Assembly (NCBI RefSeq): GCF_018977255.1
Contig: NW_024704743.1
Span: 33,482,001-33,546,000 of the forward strand
Reading direction: 5' to 3'
Source of the DNA: Callorhinchus milii
Taxonomy: Eukaryota
DNA length: 64,000 nt
In this document: in pieces, positions 13,461-26,282 of the stretch
Position numbering within the stretch: the first letter of the stretch is position 1
Layout of the letters: each line of letters starts with the position of its first letter
Program-made: the position numbers and the translations under genes
Notes under the pieces: model-generated
What the model saw: only the letters and a program-made list of their open reading frames with translations
What the model was told of the DNA's origin: nothing
Databases searched by the model: none

Positions 13461-14939
13461 AAGTCCAAGAACTTCACCTCCCTCTGACTGTGTCAGTATA
13501 AGCTTCCAAATCTACCTCCTTACATCAAAGTACTTCTATTACATAAAACTATGGACATTAGTGCCCCATCAGTGGCTCAGCGACGGAGAGGATGACCCGT
13601 GCTGATTCCTACAGTCTCTGTTGATCTCAACCAGGGTGTAATCATCAACACTTGGCTCCAGTGCTCTGGGTTGGAGAGATGGTGGGGGGTGGGGGAAAAT
13701 CGGCTAGGAGGCGCAGATGTCTGGCTGTCAGAGTACACCCCACACTGGCCTAGGATCTGAGAGCTATCTAACCACTGACCAAAAATAGCAAACCTCCAAA
13801 ACATTAGGAAATCCCAATTAGAAGATTGTTGTCAATATATCATCTTCAACTGCAATCAAACTAATCATTAACTAAATACGCCCGTGAGCTGCCCCCATCC
13901 CCTCTGACTTTGAAATTTCACCTGCAAAATACACAGGCAAAACACTTGACAGTATATATGTACCGCTGTGAGACATCTCGACAACGTGATAAGGTGTTAT
14001 ACCAAATGCAAGATTTTATTATAACAGTTTGACCAAAGCCGATCTGACACCACCAAGAGCCACTGTTGTTTCACTCAATGAGCCTGGTATCTGTAGTGCT
14101 GCTTCATAGAGTGCTCACAGTGATAAATGGGTCAAGGGACCTGCCTGTTTCATCCAAACCTCTGTCTTGATCTGGGAGTAGGATTCAATGAACACCTAAA
14201 GTTCCGTCATGGTGAGCTGCCATCTCATTCATTCCATCATAACAAATTGAAGCAGGGAGAATCACTAGGGTGTCTTTATCAACCTCCAAGAAACAGAGCA
14301 GAGCAACACAGAACAAAAATAACTTATCATCTGACAGATGATCCTCTTTGCAACCTCTCTCGCCCCTCCCCAGGAGAGGCTTTTTTTTATATATCCTTTT
14401 ATATTAGACCTTATTTTAAAAAAATCTCAGGGATGTTTTCCAGAAATAGTCTTCCTAAGGTCAAAAATGAACATAATCTTTAAATATTTTCTATTCTTTC
14501 AAGGGGCATTTGATAGAAGATGCAATAGTTTCATATAGCCATTTTCAGATGGCAGTGTTTAACTGATGGCTGGCTGGAAATGAAAGAATACAAACTGGAA
14601 TGTTTCTTATCAGCTGATGTGTTAATTAACACATCCGAACTGTTCAGAAAAATCTCAACATTGACCTGTAAAATGCTTTGAATATGTATGTTATCCTCTC
14701 AGTGAACAGTGCTTGTTTCATTTGGGTGTGTGAGGTACACAAGCTTAAAGCTTGAGATGTGGGGAAACATGTAGGATTTATTGTCTATAAGGTACCTGGA
14801 CAGATGGGATTCATCCTGGAATCCTTGAGGAATTGAAAAAGGAAATTAATGGTGCTCTGGTTGATATTTCTAGGAGTTCCATATTATTTTGAGGGATAGC
14901 AAATGTTATCCCAGCATTGAAAATGGGAATGTAAATGCG

Positions 14940-15205
14940 TGAGCTGGAAAGAGAGAGATTCAAAGAGAGAGGTGCACTATATAAATGCAAGTTGTTATTG
15001 TTGATATAAGGGAGTGAGATGAAAAGGAGAAAAGTATAAAGAAGTGAGGTGTAAGGAGAGAGATTGTGAAGAGAGAGAGTTGTAAGGAGAGAGTGGTAAT
15101 AAAGATATATATTATAGAGAGAGAGGTATAAAGAAAGAGAGAGCTGTGGAGAGAGAGGTGTAAAGAGAGGTGTGTAAAGGAGTATGGTGTAAAGAGGAAA
15201 TAAAG
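14940..15205. repeat. Purine-rich (GA/GAG) low-complexity tract
   Basis: Degenerate gagagaggtgtaaag-like repeats. Confidence 0.7.
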
Positions 15206-16414
15206 TTGGACATTCACTTTGTGGCTGTTTGGGGGACATTGCTGGGCACAAAGGTGGCTGCTGTATTTTCCACAGGAACACACAGTCAATACACTTTACA
15301 GTATATCCTACAAAGTGCTTTGAGACATCCTCCTGACGTGAAAGGCGCCATACTAAATGTAAGGAGCTGCCAGCATAGTTTTGGAAGCAATAGGTTGTGT
15401 CACACTCACACATACTTAGTGGTGGATGAGGGCAATCAATCATCAATTAGTACATTTTGCTTCGATCTTCAAAAGGCATTTGAACAAGGGGCTGAAGGCT
15501 CATGGAATAAAGTGCAAGTTTAAATACAATTACACAGATTATTACAGTGCAGAAACATGCCATTTGGCCCAATGTTTGGGTCAAATCCTTGCCAGTGTTT
15601 GTACTCCACATGAGCCTCCATCTACCAAATAGCTCTCTGTTCCCTTCTCTCTCATTTATGTGGGCTCCAAGACACTGTCCTGTGTGAAGGGGCTTTGTAA
15701 ATGCCAGTCAATGTTGTATGCCAATAGATGAGCAGTACCCAATTAAGCACAGCTTAGCAGGCTGTCAGAGTGCTCACACTGGACTAACAAGATGGGCTCT
15801 GTGTGCAGGGCAGGTGCTGAAGCTTCCCCAACCACACCATCCTCTCAACACTCTGCTAACACATTTCACACATCTTATAAATTCAGCAGCTGTTCAGCAG
15901 CAATGCATCGACTGTGAATTGTTAGTGGCATAACAGTATTGAGCTAAAAGGGGTCCTCATATTTGTGAGAGGGAGGAATAACTAAAAACAGCTGTACTGG
16001 ACATTTTCACATGTGAATGACATACAGTACTTAAAGTACTGAAATATGTAGTGGCTTTATAAGTCAGTGTCTGCACTCATTTAAGTGTTTCTTTACACAG
16101 AAGGTAGATCTTCTCACTCGTTTTCAAATTCCTTCATGCCCTCGCACCTCCTATCTGATTTGCTTACCCACCCGCTTCTCCTGTTCGTCCCTCATCCCCT
16201 CCGCTGCATCATCGGTGGCCGTCCCTTCAGCCACTATGTTTCCAAACTCTGGAACTCTCTCCCTCAATCGCTCCGCTTGCCCCCTCCCTCCCCACTTTCA
16301 AATCCCGCCTACAAACTCTTTAAAACAACTGCTGTGGAATCTCCACTGGTGTAGCCTCAATGACTAGTACCAGTATTACAGAACCACTTACTAAAGCTTG
16401 ACAATTAGGCACTG

Positions 16415-16820
16415 TGTGTCAGCCTGGCTCAGTTGGTAGCACTCTCGCCTCTGAGTGAGAAGGTTGTAGGTTCTAGCTCCACTTCAGGACTTTGAGCCCC
16501 AGTTTTGGCTGACACTCCAATGCCATGCTGCATTGTCAGAGGTGCCATCCTTCAGATGAGACATTAAACCGCGGTCCCATCTGCTGGTTCAGGTGGATGT
16601 TAAATATCTCACAGCACTATTGGAAAAGAGAAAGGAGTTTCTCCTGATGTGCTGGCTAATCCCCCAGATAAAATTGGTCATTTGGTTCATGGCTGTTGGA
16701 AGGCCATTGGCTGCCACATTTACCTACAAATTACACAGTCATTACACTTTACAGTAAATTCTGTGAAGTACTTCAGGATACCCTCCTGACATGAAAGGTG
16801 CAATACCAAATATTATTATT
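16415..16820 (+). mobile_element. Near full-length Deu-domain SINE (SacSINE1/DeuSINE-like)
   Basis: tRNA-like head gtcagcctggctcagttggtagcactctcgcctctgag; Deu core tgcattgtcagaggtgccatccttcagatgagacattaaacc...caggtggatgttaaa; L2-type tail. Confidence 0.85.
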
Positions 16821-17210
16821 AATATGTAAGATTGCCAGATGCTGAGAGGAGCCACCTACCTGCTTGTTTGGTGAAAGGGGAAGTCTGCATGAGGTAGAAA
16901 ATGATTACTTGGAAAAAAACAACTAATTGAATACAATCACTGGTTAAAAAAAATTGGCCACATATTAAAAACATTATATAAAATATGCAAACATACAAAC
17001 ATATATGCGCATGACCGATTATTGTTGCAAACCTGCTGCAGAAAACCATAAGTGTGCTACTTTCATCAAGTGTGTCCCTGACAACATTGTTAAAGCACAA
17101 GACCACAGCAGTCAGACACCATACAAACACAATGCAAGTGGTGTCCTTCCAACATGAAATTAGTTTACTTGTGGCAGTTGTTGACATTGCAAATAGCTAC
17201 AATTTATGTG

Positions 17211-17390
17211 TGCCATGTACTGACTGGCAATGCCCATTATCTTCTGCCCTGTACTGACTGGTATTGCCTGTTATCCTCTGCCAGATAGTCACTGGCATTG
17301 CTCATCATCGTTTTCCATGTACAGACTGCTGTTGGCTATTATTCTCTACCCTGTACTGATTGGCATTGCCAATTATCGTCTACCATGTTT
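17211..17390. repeat. Diverged 34-bp minisatellite, about 5.3 units
   Basis: Units start at 17211, 17245, 17279, 17313, 17347 and 17381 (tgccatgtactgactggcaatgcccattatcttc-like). Confidence 0.85.
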
Positions 17391-19261
17391 AGTATTAAAA
17401 TAGCTTGTTTGTGTTTCACAATAACATAAATGAAACAATGTTTTTCACAATTGTTCTGATCTAAAATTCTGCTCTGGGCACCCGCTCCCCCACACTAGAG
17501 TATTCATTCAGTTCAAAATGATGTGGATGACACAGCATCTCACCTGAATGTGAGCTATTTGCCCGCTTAGATTAAATGGCAATAAGTGCATGCCAAACTC
17601 AATGAATTATGCTGACGTGAATTTGTTTCCCACAAACATCTGTAATGTGAAACCAAGTAAATGGATCTGGATTCAGTTCATTGGGATATCACATCAGTTA
17701 CACGTGGTCACAAACTGTGCTGTATTTTCTTTAGTGAGTGTGAAGGATCAAAAACCAACAGAACTTAATGCGTCAAACTGCAGTCCTGAAAATTTTCTGA
17801 AGTGATTTAATACTGTATAATCTTCAATTAAACATGCCATGGTTACAATGGAATTCTCTTCGAAGTGTAAAGCTGTCTAAATTGTTGCCTAATGTGTTTG
17901 TCAGTCATGGTTGATTTTGAGATTGTCTGGTTTGTTTACCCAATGCTGAAATTGTATGGTATTGAGTAACTGTCCACTTCGGTGCAAAACAAGGCCATGA
18001 CATGCTATCATGCAAGGTAAATGTGTCCTGCTAAACCAGAGATCTCAGGTTCAATCCACGATCTAACAAATCTTGCATTTGATATATCACCTTTCATGGT
18101 GGGAGCATGTTTGAAAGTGCTTCAAAGAGTTACAGTAAAGTGTCGTGATTGTGTATTTGTAGGCGAACACAGCAGCCAATTCATGAACAGCATTTTCCAT
18201 GAACAGCGGGAAGATCTGTGCTGCATTGGCAGTGAGGGCATCACTGATAGTTTCAATGTTTTTAGAATAGGGTGGGCACATGTCAGAGCTCCTGTTCCAG
18301 ATTGCCATCCAGTGACCAGTGTTGAAATGTACATGTGTGACAACAATAGATAAGGACAGGATCAGGCTTGGATGTGGTGAGTTCCTCTGCACTCTTGCCT
18401 CTGAGTCAGAAGTTTGTGGATTCAAGCCCCACGTCAGGACTTGAAACGCATGTAGTCTAAATTGATACTCGAAGAGGTGCCATCCTTTGGATGAGATGTT
18501 AAATTGCTTGTTTAACATGTTGATGTTAAAGGTACTATTCGAAATGATAAGGGAATGTCTCCCGGTATCCTGGCCAACAAATCCTCCAAATAAAATTGGT
18601 CATTCACTCCATGGCTAGTCAGAGAATATTGCTGTTTTCCCATGTGATTTTGTAAAACTATAATATAACAACAACAACTTGGATTTATATAGCGCCCTCC
18701 ACGCCGGACGGTGTCTCAGAGTGCTTATACAGTCAATTCACTTTACGATATATTTTAGGAAGCACTTTGAGATGTCTCGAAGACATGATAAGGCGCTATA
18801 TCAAATGTAAGGATTATTATTATTATTAATCCTCACATGATCAAATATAGTCTCACTGTCTGGGCTCATACGTGAGGAATGACCACTTGAACAGGCAAAC
18901 AAGTGCAACTGGTGCCTGTAGCAAATCATTGCTTTGAGGAAAAGATTGGAAATAAAAATACAAGAACAGAGAAAGTGGGGAAATTTTGCAAACAACAACA
19001 ACAACTTGGATTTATATAGCGCCCTCCATGCCGGACGGCGTCTCAGAGCGCTTAAATGTAAACGTTAAAGCAACAGAAATGGTACATTCACGATACTTAT
19101 CAAATTTAACCCCCAATAAACTGTATCACCCCCATTAGAATCCAAAATAAACTTTAATAGCACTCGTAAACCAGTTTTACTATTACCTAAAATATTAATC
19201 ATACTAGATTAGAAAATGGATCAGATTAGAAACTGAATACTTACGGATCTGTCTGTTTTGA

Positions 19262-19655
19262 CTGGAACTGAGAAGGTTGAGGGAGACCTGATAGATGGCT
19301 TCAAAATTATGAGGGGTTTTGATAGGGAGTGTCAATAAAAAGAAATTGTTAGTTTATCGGTGACTAGAGGGCACCAATTTAAGATAGTTAGCAAAGGAAC
19401 AAAGAGAGACATCAGGAGGAATTATTTTACAAAGAGAGTTGTTAGGATGCAATGCCCTGCAAGGTGCAATTGGTCAAGACTTTCAAGAAAGTAGATAGAT
19501 ATCTAAAATGGAGTAATTTCCAGGGGGTTTAAGAAAAGGTAGGTGTGTGGTATTGTTGTAAATTTGTTATAGTGTATTGTATTGAATTGATTGTTCTTTC
19601 AAAGAGCCAGCACAAACATAATGGACCAAATGGCCTTCTTCTGTGCTGTAAATTT
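19262..19655 (+). mobile_element. CR1 LINE 3' end
   Basis: gaaggttgaggg-gacctgataga...ttcaaaattatgagggg (degenerate RRLRGDLI..FKIM) and 3'UTR aatggaccaaatggccttcttctgtgctgta. Confidence 0.85.
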
Positions 19656-19894
19656 CCAGCGTTCATTAAATGAATACCAGTTGTTAAATTTTATTTCTAT
19701 TCTCCTGGATGATAACAACAACAACAGCTTGCATTTGTATAGCGTCCGTCACACAGAGTAACATTGATTGGCATAAACTCAATGATCTTCTTTTAAATAT
19801 AACTTTATATAAAATGTAAGATGGTGCCTTTCTTCTTTTACTTTCAAAAGTACAACGAGAAAGAGAGCTGTGTCCTACCGTACAACATAACATG

Positions 19895-20915
19895 TAGCAA
19901 CAGAATAGTTAGCTACGTAGAACTCTTGCCTCTGAGTATGAAAGTTGTGGTTCATGCCTCATGTCAGGGCTTTGAGCTCATAGTCCCAGAGCTGGCACTG
20001 TGGTGCTATTTAGGGGAAGGGCTGCCCCTGTGCTGTTTGTCAGAGGTGCTGTCCTGCGATGAGACGTTAATTCAAGACCCTATCTATCTATTCAGGTGGA
20101 CGTTAAAGATCCCATGAAGCAATTCAAAAACAGAAGGAAGTTTCTCCCAGTGTGTTGGCCAATAATTTCTCCAGATGAAATCAATCCCTTACATTCATGG
20201 TTGTTTGTGGGACAACAACAACAACAAGAACAAGAACAACAACTTGGATTTATATAGCACCCTTCACGCCAGATGGCATCTCAGAGCGCTTCACATTAAC
20301 GGATCCCGGGGCCGAGCCAGGGGGAGGGGGAGAGGGGGAGGAAGGTGGCCAAAGGCGGGGTCGAAAAGAAAGGTCTTCAGCCGAGACCTGAAGGTGGAGA
20401 GAGGGGGCGAGGCGAAGGGAGTGTGGAAGGGAGTTCCAGAGCCTCGGGGCGTAGTGCCTGAAAGCACAGGCTGCCGATGGTGGAGCGGAGGACTCAAGAG
20501 ACGAGGAGGAGGCCAGATCTGATGGAGCGAAGACAAAGGGCACTGTTTTGAGGAGAGAAGAGGTCAGAGAGGTAGGGGGGTGCAGAAGAGTGGAGGGATT
20601 TGAAGACAAGAGTGAGGATCGATTTCAATGTAGTCTGGCAAGGATTGGGGTAATTGGAGAGCGGAGTTTGGTGCGGTTAAGAATGCGGGCGGCAGAGTTT
20701 TGTATGACTTGGATTTTATGAATGGTAGTGGAGGGGAGACTGGCGAGGAGGGCATTTGAATAGTCCAGCCGAGAGGGACACTGCTGTGTGCAAATTGGTG
20801 TGGTCATTCACCTACAAATGCAGAGTCACTATACACTGAAAGAAATTTAGACATTTCTTTGAAAAATTATGTAATAAGATGCTGTATCAAATGAAATTAT
20901 TATTTATTATTATTA
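19895..20915 (+). mobile_element. Deu-domain SINE split by an L2 insertion (20215-20774)
   Basis: Deu core cagaggtgctgtcctgcgatgagacgttaa...caggtggacgttaaagatccca; body resumes gggacactgctgtgtgcaaattgg at 20775. Confidence 0.8.
20215..20774 (-). mobile_element. L2 3' fragment with a 6-bp target-site duplication (gggaca)
   Basis: [32 protein letters not shown]; gggaca at 20209-20214 and 20775-20780. Confidence 0.9.
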
Positions 20916-21179
20916 TGAGGTAACAGTTCTAATGAGAAACATTGTTTAGCCAGTGTTGGAGCAGTGTGGGAGGAAGGGAAGTTAGCAGGAGTTGTTTATG
21001 ATGACAAGTTCAAGGCTAATAAACCTTCTGGTCAGACTTGTGTGTGAGTAAGCCAGAGCTTGCATGAATGCAATCTCAGGGAAAGTATTTTCCTATCAAA
21101 CTCCACTACTTTCCATAGACAGACAACCCAGATGCCCAGTGTGGTATCCCCACATTGGCACCAACACAATGGGCTGCAA

Positions 21180-21576
21180 CAGAATTGTGGAAAAATCTTA
21201 AATTCACTCTTAGTTTGGAAGTGCATTTCTCACACTTCTTAAAAAGAACCAGCTTTCAAATTAAGACCAAATGTGAGAATTTTCCACAGGCCTGCACAAT
21301 TTTAAATTAAGGACAAAATGGTCTTTCAAGCTAAGACTGGAGGCCTGAAGTTCTACCTAATATTAGCCTGTCAGGCCATTTTTTTCTCTCAAACTTTGAG
21401 ATCACACAGAATGGTGGAAAACCCAAATTAATTTGGAAGACAGATTTTTTTTAAGATTGCCGAAAAACAGCTTCCAAACAAAGACAGAATTTAAGAATTT
21501 TTTTTGCAATATTTCATGACCTTCAATTGTAAAACATAACAGCATTACGGGCTAAGATTAGGTGGAATTTCAACTC
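21180..21576. mobile_element. Two adjacent copies of a palindromic MITE-like element
   Basis: 21342 ggcctgaagttctacctaatattagcctgt and 21547-21576 acgggctaagattaggtggaatttcaactc are imperfect inverted repeats; related sequence at 32305-32700, 47469-47637 and 59810. Confidence 0.65.
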
Positions 21577-22294
21577 TTTTAAATCCTGGTGAGATGGGTA
21601 CCTGGAATTAAAAAAAAAGTCATCTATTATCTCTGATCCATAAATATCACGCCCAGGTTATTGGTGCTGTCAAGGTGAGAGAAACAATTCTGGTGCAGAA
21701 TGAGTTAGTCTTGCTGGAGCCAGTTGTCTGGAGAAGTCATAAAGTGGCTTCTTCTAGGGTTAGGATTACAATATGGGCAGGAATTGGCCAGAATTGGAGT
21801 TGAGGTACAGATTAGCCATTATCTAATATAATGACAGAACAGGCTTGAGGGGCTGAAGGGCCTACCCCTATTCCTATGTTCCTATGTAGCAGCTAAACAC
21901 AGTCTTAACAGGAAGTGTGTGTGTGGGGGGGGGGGGGGGGGGATTCCTATTTTACAAGAGGAAACAAAGATGTTTACAATTCAAAATTATGAATTATGGA
22001 AGGTTTTAAAAAAAACAAAGCTCTGTCACACCTTGAGAACTTAAGTGCCAAGAAGCTTAGCTGAGCTCGCTCAGTCGGTATCCAGTGAGGAGTATCAAGA
22101 AAAAGAACTGTTGAATTTAAAATGTTGATATAATGCGTTTGAAAACATTCTGCCAAGGTTAAGGAGGGGGAAGGTTCTCAAGTGAGGGCAATTGTTCAGA
22201 ATATTCGGAAAAATATGATGTTTCATGACCAGTTTGAATACAAATTCCATAATTATCAAAGTTGTTACTGTAAAATAACAAAATAATAATCCCT

Positions 22295-22684
22295 AATAAT
22301 CTTTGCATTTGATATAACAGCTTTCACGTCAGAAGATTTCTCAAAGCACTTTACAGGATTTCCTGCAAAGTGCAGTGACTGTGTATTTTGTAAGCAAAAC
22401 ACAAGAGCCATTTGCACACATCAATAACCCACAAACACCCATGAAGTGAATGATTCAGTTTTTTTTAGGGCAGGTGGGGGTGGCTGAGATTGTTGGCAAG
22501 GACGACCGGGAAGAACCTTCCCTCACTTTTCATGGGATCTTTACCATCCTTCTGAACAGGTAGATGAGACCTTGGTTAAGTCTCCTCTGAAGGGCAGCAC
22601 CTTCAACAGTGAGGCAGCTCACTACTGCATTGGAGGGTCAGCATGTACTGTGAGTTCAAAGTTCTAACAAGGGGTGAGAGCCCT

Positions 22685-22715
<31 letters not shown>

Positions 22716-23010
22716 TCCATTTATAAAGCTCCTTTCACGTCAGGAGGACGTCCCAAGGCGCTGCACAGTTGGGTCATGACCCGAGCAGGGGGGAAATGGT
22801 CAGGGTGAGGGGAGGGGAGGGAGTGAGGAGGGGGGAAATGGTCAGGGTGAGGGGAGGGGAGGGAGCGAGGAGGGGGGAAATGGTCAGGGTGAGGGGAGGG
22901 ATGGGAAGGAGCGAGAAGGGGGAAGAGAGTCGAGAGAGGAGCTGAAGGCTCGGTCAAAGATAACCTTCTGACTCAGAGCTGAGAGGTTTTCCAACTGAGC
23001 CAGGCTGACA
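22295..23010 (-). mobile_element. Deu-domain SINE split by a young L2 tail (22688-22958)
   Basis: Body at 22295-22685; head ccttctgactcagagctgagagg...actgagccaggctgacac at 22962-23010; ataac on both sides of the insert. Confidence 0.8.
22688..22958 (-). mobile_element. Young L2 3'UTR with an internal ~42-bp tandem triplication
   Basis: ggggggaaatggtcagggtgaggggaggg repeated three times; (AAC)n tail. Confidence 0.88.
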
Positions 23011-23708
23011 CTTGGAATGTAAGCAGAGGTGTAAGATGAAATGTGACTGTGGTACAGCTGTACCAAGAGTGGTTTACACTGAAACGAGTGGTGAGTCACA
23101 CTGCAGAACTGACTGTCATCACTCAGTGGTTTCATCTTTGGTAAACCACCAACTCCCATTCACATAGTCATATTTTTAATTATTTTGGTGCAGAGAGAAC
23201 CTAATTCAGTTCCCAGCAGGATTGGAAACGTAATTGTGAAAACTGTGCACATTATTTAGTCCGACTTAAGCATCAAAATAAATCTGCTGATTATTTTCAT
23301 GCACTGGATTTCCAAGAAATATGTATCCAGATAGGATTTTGAACCTTTTAAAGAGCTGAACCGATCAATGCATATTAATGAGGTAATTACCACATTAATG
23401 GGCCAAAATGTGTTATGTCTGATATCTCATGACTGACTGGAAAATTAGCTTTAAAAATTCCAACATATAAGTACACGCTTGAAATGCAGATGTGTCACAA
23501 ATGATAGGTGATCCTTAATACTTAATTTTCCAAATAACATAAATATGGGGTTATTTACATATTAATTAATCCCTTGGCTCTTGCATTCAATCACTTCCAG
23601 CATCTGTACGAAACAAGGCTTCAGACTTTTTTTTATTGAAATTTTGCTGGCTTTGAGTCACAATCAGATGTTAATGTATATTGTTTCACACTGTACGTAC
23701 ATGTACGT

Positions 23709-24030
23709 GGAGTCCTGTAGCTCAGTGGTTAGAGCACTCGCTTTGCAAGTGAGAGACCTGAGTTCAATTCCAGGCAGAGGGCGAAACCTTGGGCAAGTTT
23801 CCTTACTCCACACAGAGCCTAATAATAATCCCTCCAAAACCAAAAACAATAATAAATTGGTCATTTTCAATCTACGACTGTTTGTGGGACATTGCTGTGC
23901 GCAATTGGCTGCCGCGTTTGCCCACAAAATATACAGTCAATTCACTTTACAGTGTGTTCTGTGAAGCGCTTTGGGACGTCCTCCCGACGTGAAAAGCGCT
24001 ATATCAAATGCAAGGATTATTATTATTATT
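23709..24030 (+). mobile_element. Full-length young tRNA-Ala-derived SINE (short form)
   Basis: ggagtcctgtagctcagtggttagagc (A box)...gagttcaattcc (B box)...gggacgtcctcccgacgtgaaaagcgctatatcaaatgcaagg(att)n. Confidence 0.95.
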
Positions 24031-24448
24031 AAAGAAAGCATCACATACATGATAATCACATCAACCAGTTCTACACATATTGAGCTGTGGTTTTACCTCA
24101 TTGTTATGAATGAAGTGGAGGAAGAATTCCACCTCTGGATACAATTTCAGGTGTATAATATTCTTACTCAATGTTACTACCAAGTAGATAATGGTCACTC
24201 TGCCACGAATGCTACTTTTAGCGCTATTCCAACCAGGCCAAACCTTCAACCTTGGATTAAACCAGTGGAGATGCACTGACTGAAAACATCAATGAAACCA
24301 ACTATCAGGGTGTGAGTATCTTTTTAATAAACTAGGAAGCCGTGTTACATTTTAGAGGATACAAAACGTAATAATAAAAAATAAACATTTCAAAACGATT
24401 TACAAATTAGCAATGGATTAGAAATGAAGCAAAGTATTATTTAGGCAA

Positions 24449-24685
24449 ACAACAACAACAACAACAACAACAAGATTCCATTTATAGAGCGCCTTTCACG
24501 TCAGGAGGACGTCCCAAGGCGCTGCACAGTTGGGTCATGACCCGAGCAGGGGGGAAATGGTCAGGGTGAGGGGAGGGAAGGGAGGGAGAGAGGAGGGGGG
24601 AAATGGTCAGGGTGAGGGGAGGGAAGGGAGGGAGCGAGGAGGAGGAAGAGAGTCGAGAGGGGAGCTGAAGGCACGGTCAAAGAGA
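24449..24685 (-). mobile_element. Young L2 3'UTR with an internal tandem duplication
   Basis: Near-identical to 22688-22958 but with two copies of the internal unit. Confidence 0.88.
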
Positions 24686-25304
24686 ACACGGTCAAACACA
24701 ACAGCTAATCTAACACAGACAACATAAATCCATTTTAAGATGGTTTTAATTCTGTGAGATCAATTATTCTCACCCAGGTGGGACTGTCCTACAGTGACAG
24801 GTGCCAAAAAGCTTCATCTAATGTCTTGGTTGATTTGACCTTCATATTTCTGGTTGGAGTTAACTGGCCTTTGGAGGGCTGGTGTTGCCCGAATGAGGTT
24901 CATGTTTTCCAATGTTGCTCCCACCTCCAAAATGAAGGGCATGACCCTGGATATTGTGGGTAAATGGTACAAACATATTAAAAGTTGTTCTAAAAAATAA
25001 TAGAAGTACAGTACTATAATATGAATGTTAGAATAGGTGTTAACTAACAATTTACATTTATATACTGCTTTTCACATCGGAAGAACAGCTTAAAGCTTTT
25101 ATCAGGGAGAGCAAGCTGGTGAAGGGGGAATGGCTGAAATTGTATTAGTTATTATTTAAGAAAATCAAAACCATACAAGTAAAAGAGGGACAATGTGGGA
25201 AACAAAAAAGGGGAAAAGTGAAAGTGAGGTCCAATCATTTTAAGATATTTAAATCAATTTGTTTTCATTTAACCTTCTTACAGTTTAGAGTTAATATTAC
25301 ATTA

Positions 25305-25574
25305 TTAATAATAATAATGATAATTTGCATTTGATATAGCGCCTTATTATGTCTTCGAGACGTCTCAAAGTGCTTCATAGAATATACTGTAAAGTGAATT
25401 GACTATGTTTTATAGGGGGAAAACACGGCAGCCAATTGCACACAGCAGCGTCCCACAAACAGTCGTGGATTGAAGTGACCAATTTTGGGAAACTTGCCCA
25501 ACATTTCACCCAGCTGGGAATCAGGTCTCTCGCTTGCGAGGCAAGTGCTCTAACCATTTAGCTGCAGGACTCCA
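25305..25574 (-). mobile_element. tRNA-derived SINE, internally deleted
   Basis: Head ending in caggactcc; family body; tail. Confidence 0.85.
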
Positions 25575-26282
25575 CTATTAAAGACATTTTGGGTGCATGA
25601 TTACTGTAATATATGGTTGGTTGTTTGACTTACAATTTATTTTCAAATAAACGGCTGATCCTGGAAGCCTGGAATTTTCCGGGACCTCCTAACAGTGTGA
25701 AGGTTATTACTGTATCTCTTTACTCTGATATTCCTACTAAAACTATCATGGAAAGCAATAAAAGAACATATATGAGAGCAGTAATATTACTGGCCAGTTA
25801 TTTCTGAAATAAAAACACTGTAGTACTATGTGGAATCATCAGCAAATTGGACTTTGAAGTAAAACAATATACATTTTTAGAGGTTTTCACTCTAGTTTGC
25901 TTAATTACAACCACTAATTTAACACAACAATAAACACTTACTGCTAGCACTAAAATAAACCTAAATGTGCCAGTTATTTAAGATAAATCTAATTATTTCA
26001 AATAATTTAAATCTAATTAATTCAAATAATTTCTAGCTTGGAATTGAGTACACGGTCTGGCCAGTTTCCTGATGCTTTCCTGGCTAAGACCACCCTGCTG
26101 TTAAGGCTTTAGCTTGCAGGGTTAACAGGAGCTGAGTGGGGAAGAATCCCAGTGATTCTTCTTAGTCTTTCCCCCAAGTCCTGGCAACAAGCTACGCTGA
26201 CTGGTCTACATCAGGAGTGCCTTGGACTACCGTGGGCTCACTTGGCTCAGGAACCAGATTACCAAGACTGCCACAGAGGATT

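Noticed and set aside
14811..15446. 211-aa minus-strand ORF
   Set aside because: It spans a CT-rich low-complexity tract and SINE/CR1 fragments
23709..23785. tRNA-Ala-like cloverleafs (also at 38654, 53175, 60510 and elsewhere) as tRNA genes
   Set aside because: Each continues into a SINE body and tail, T-stems are imperfect, and there is no immediate poly-T terminator; these are SINE heads
25985..26032. 24-bp tandem duplication (similar small ones at 10289-10317 and 57176-57193)
   Set aside because: Ordinary slippage duplications
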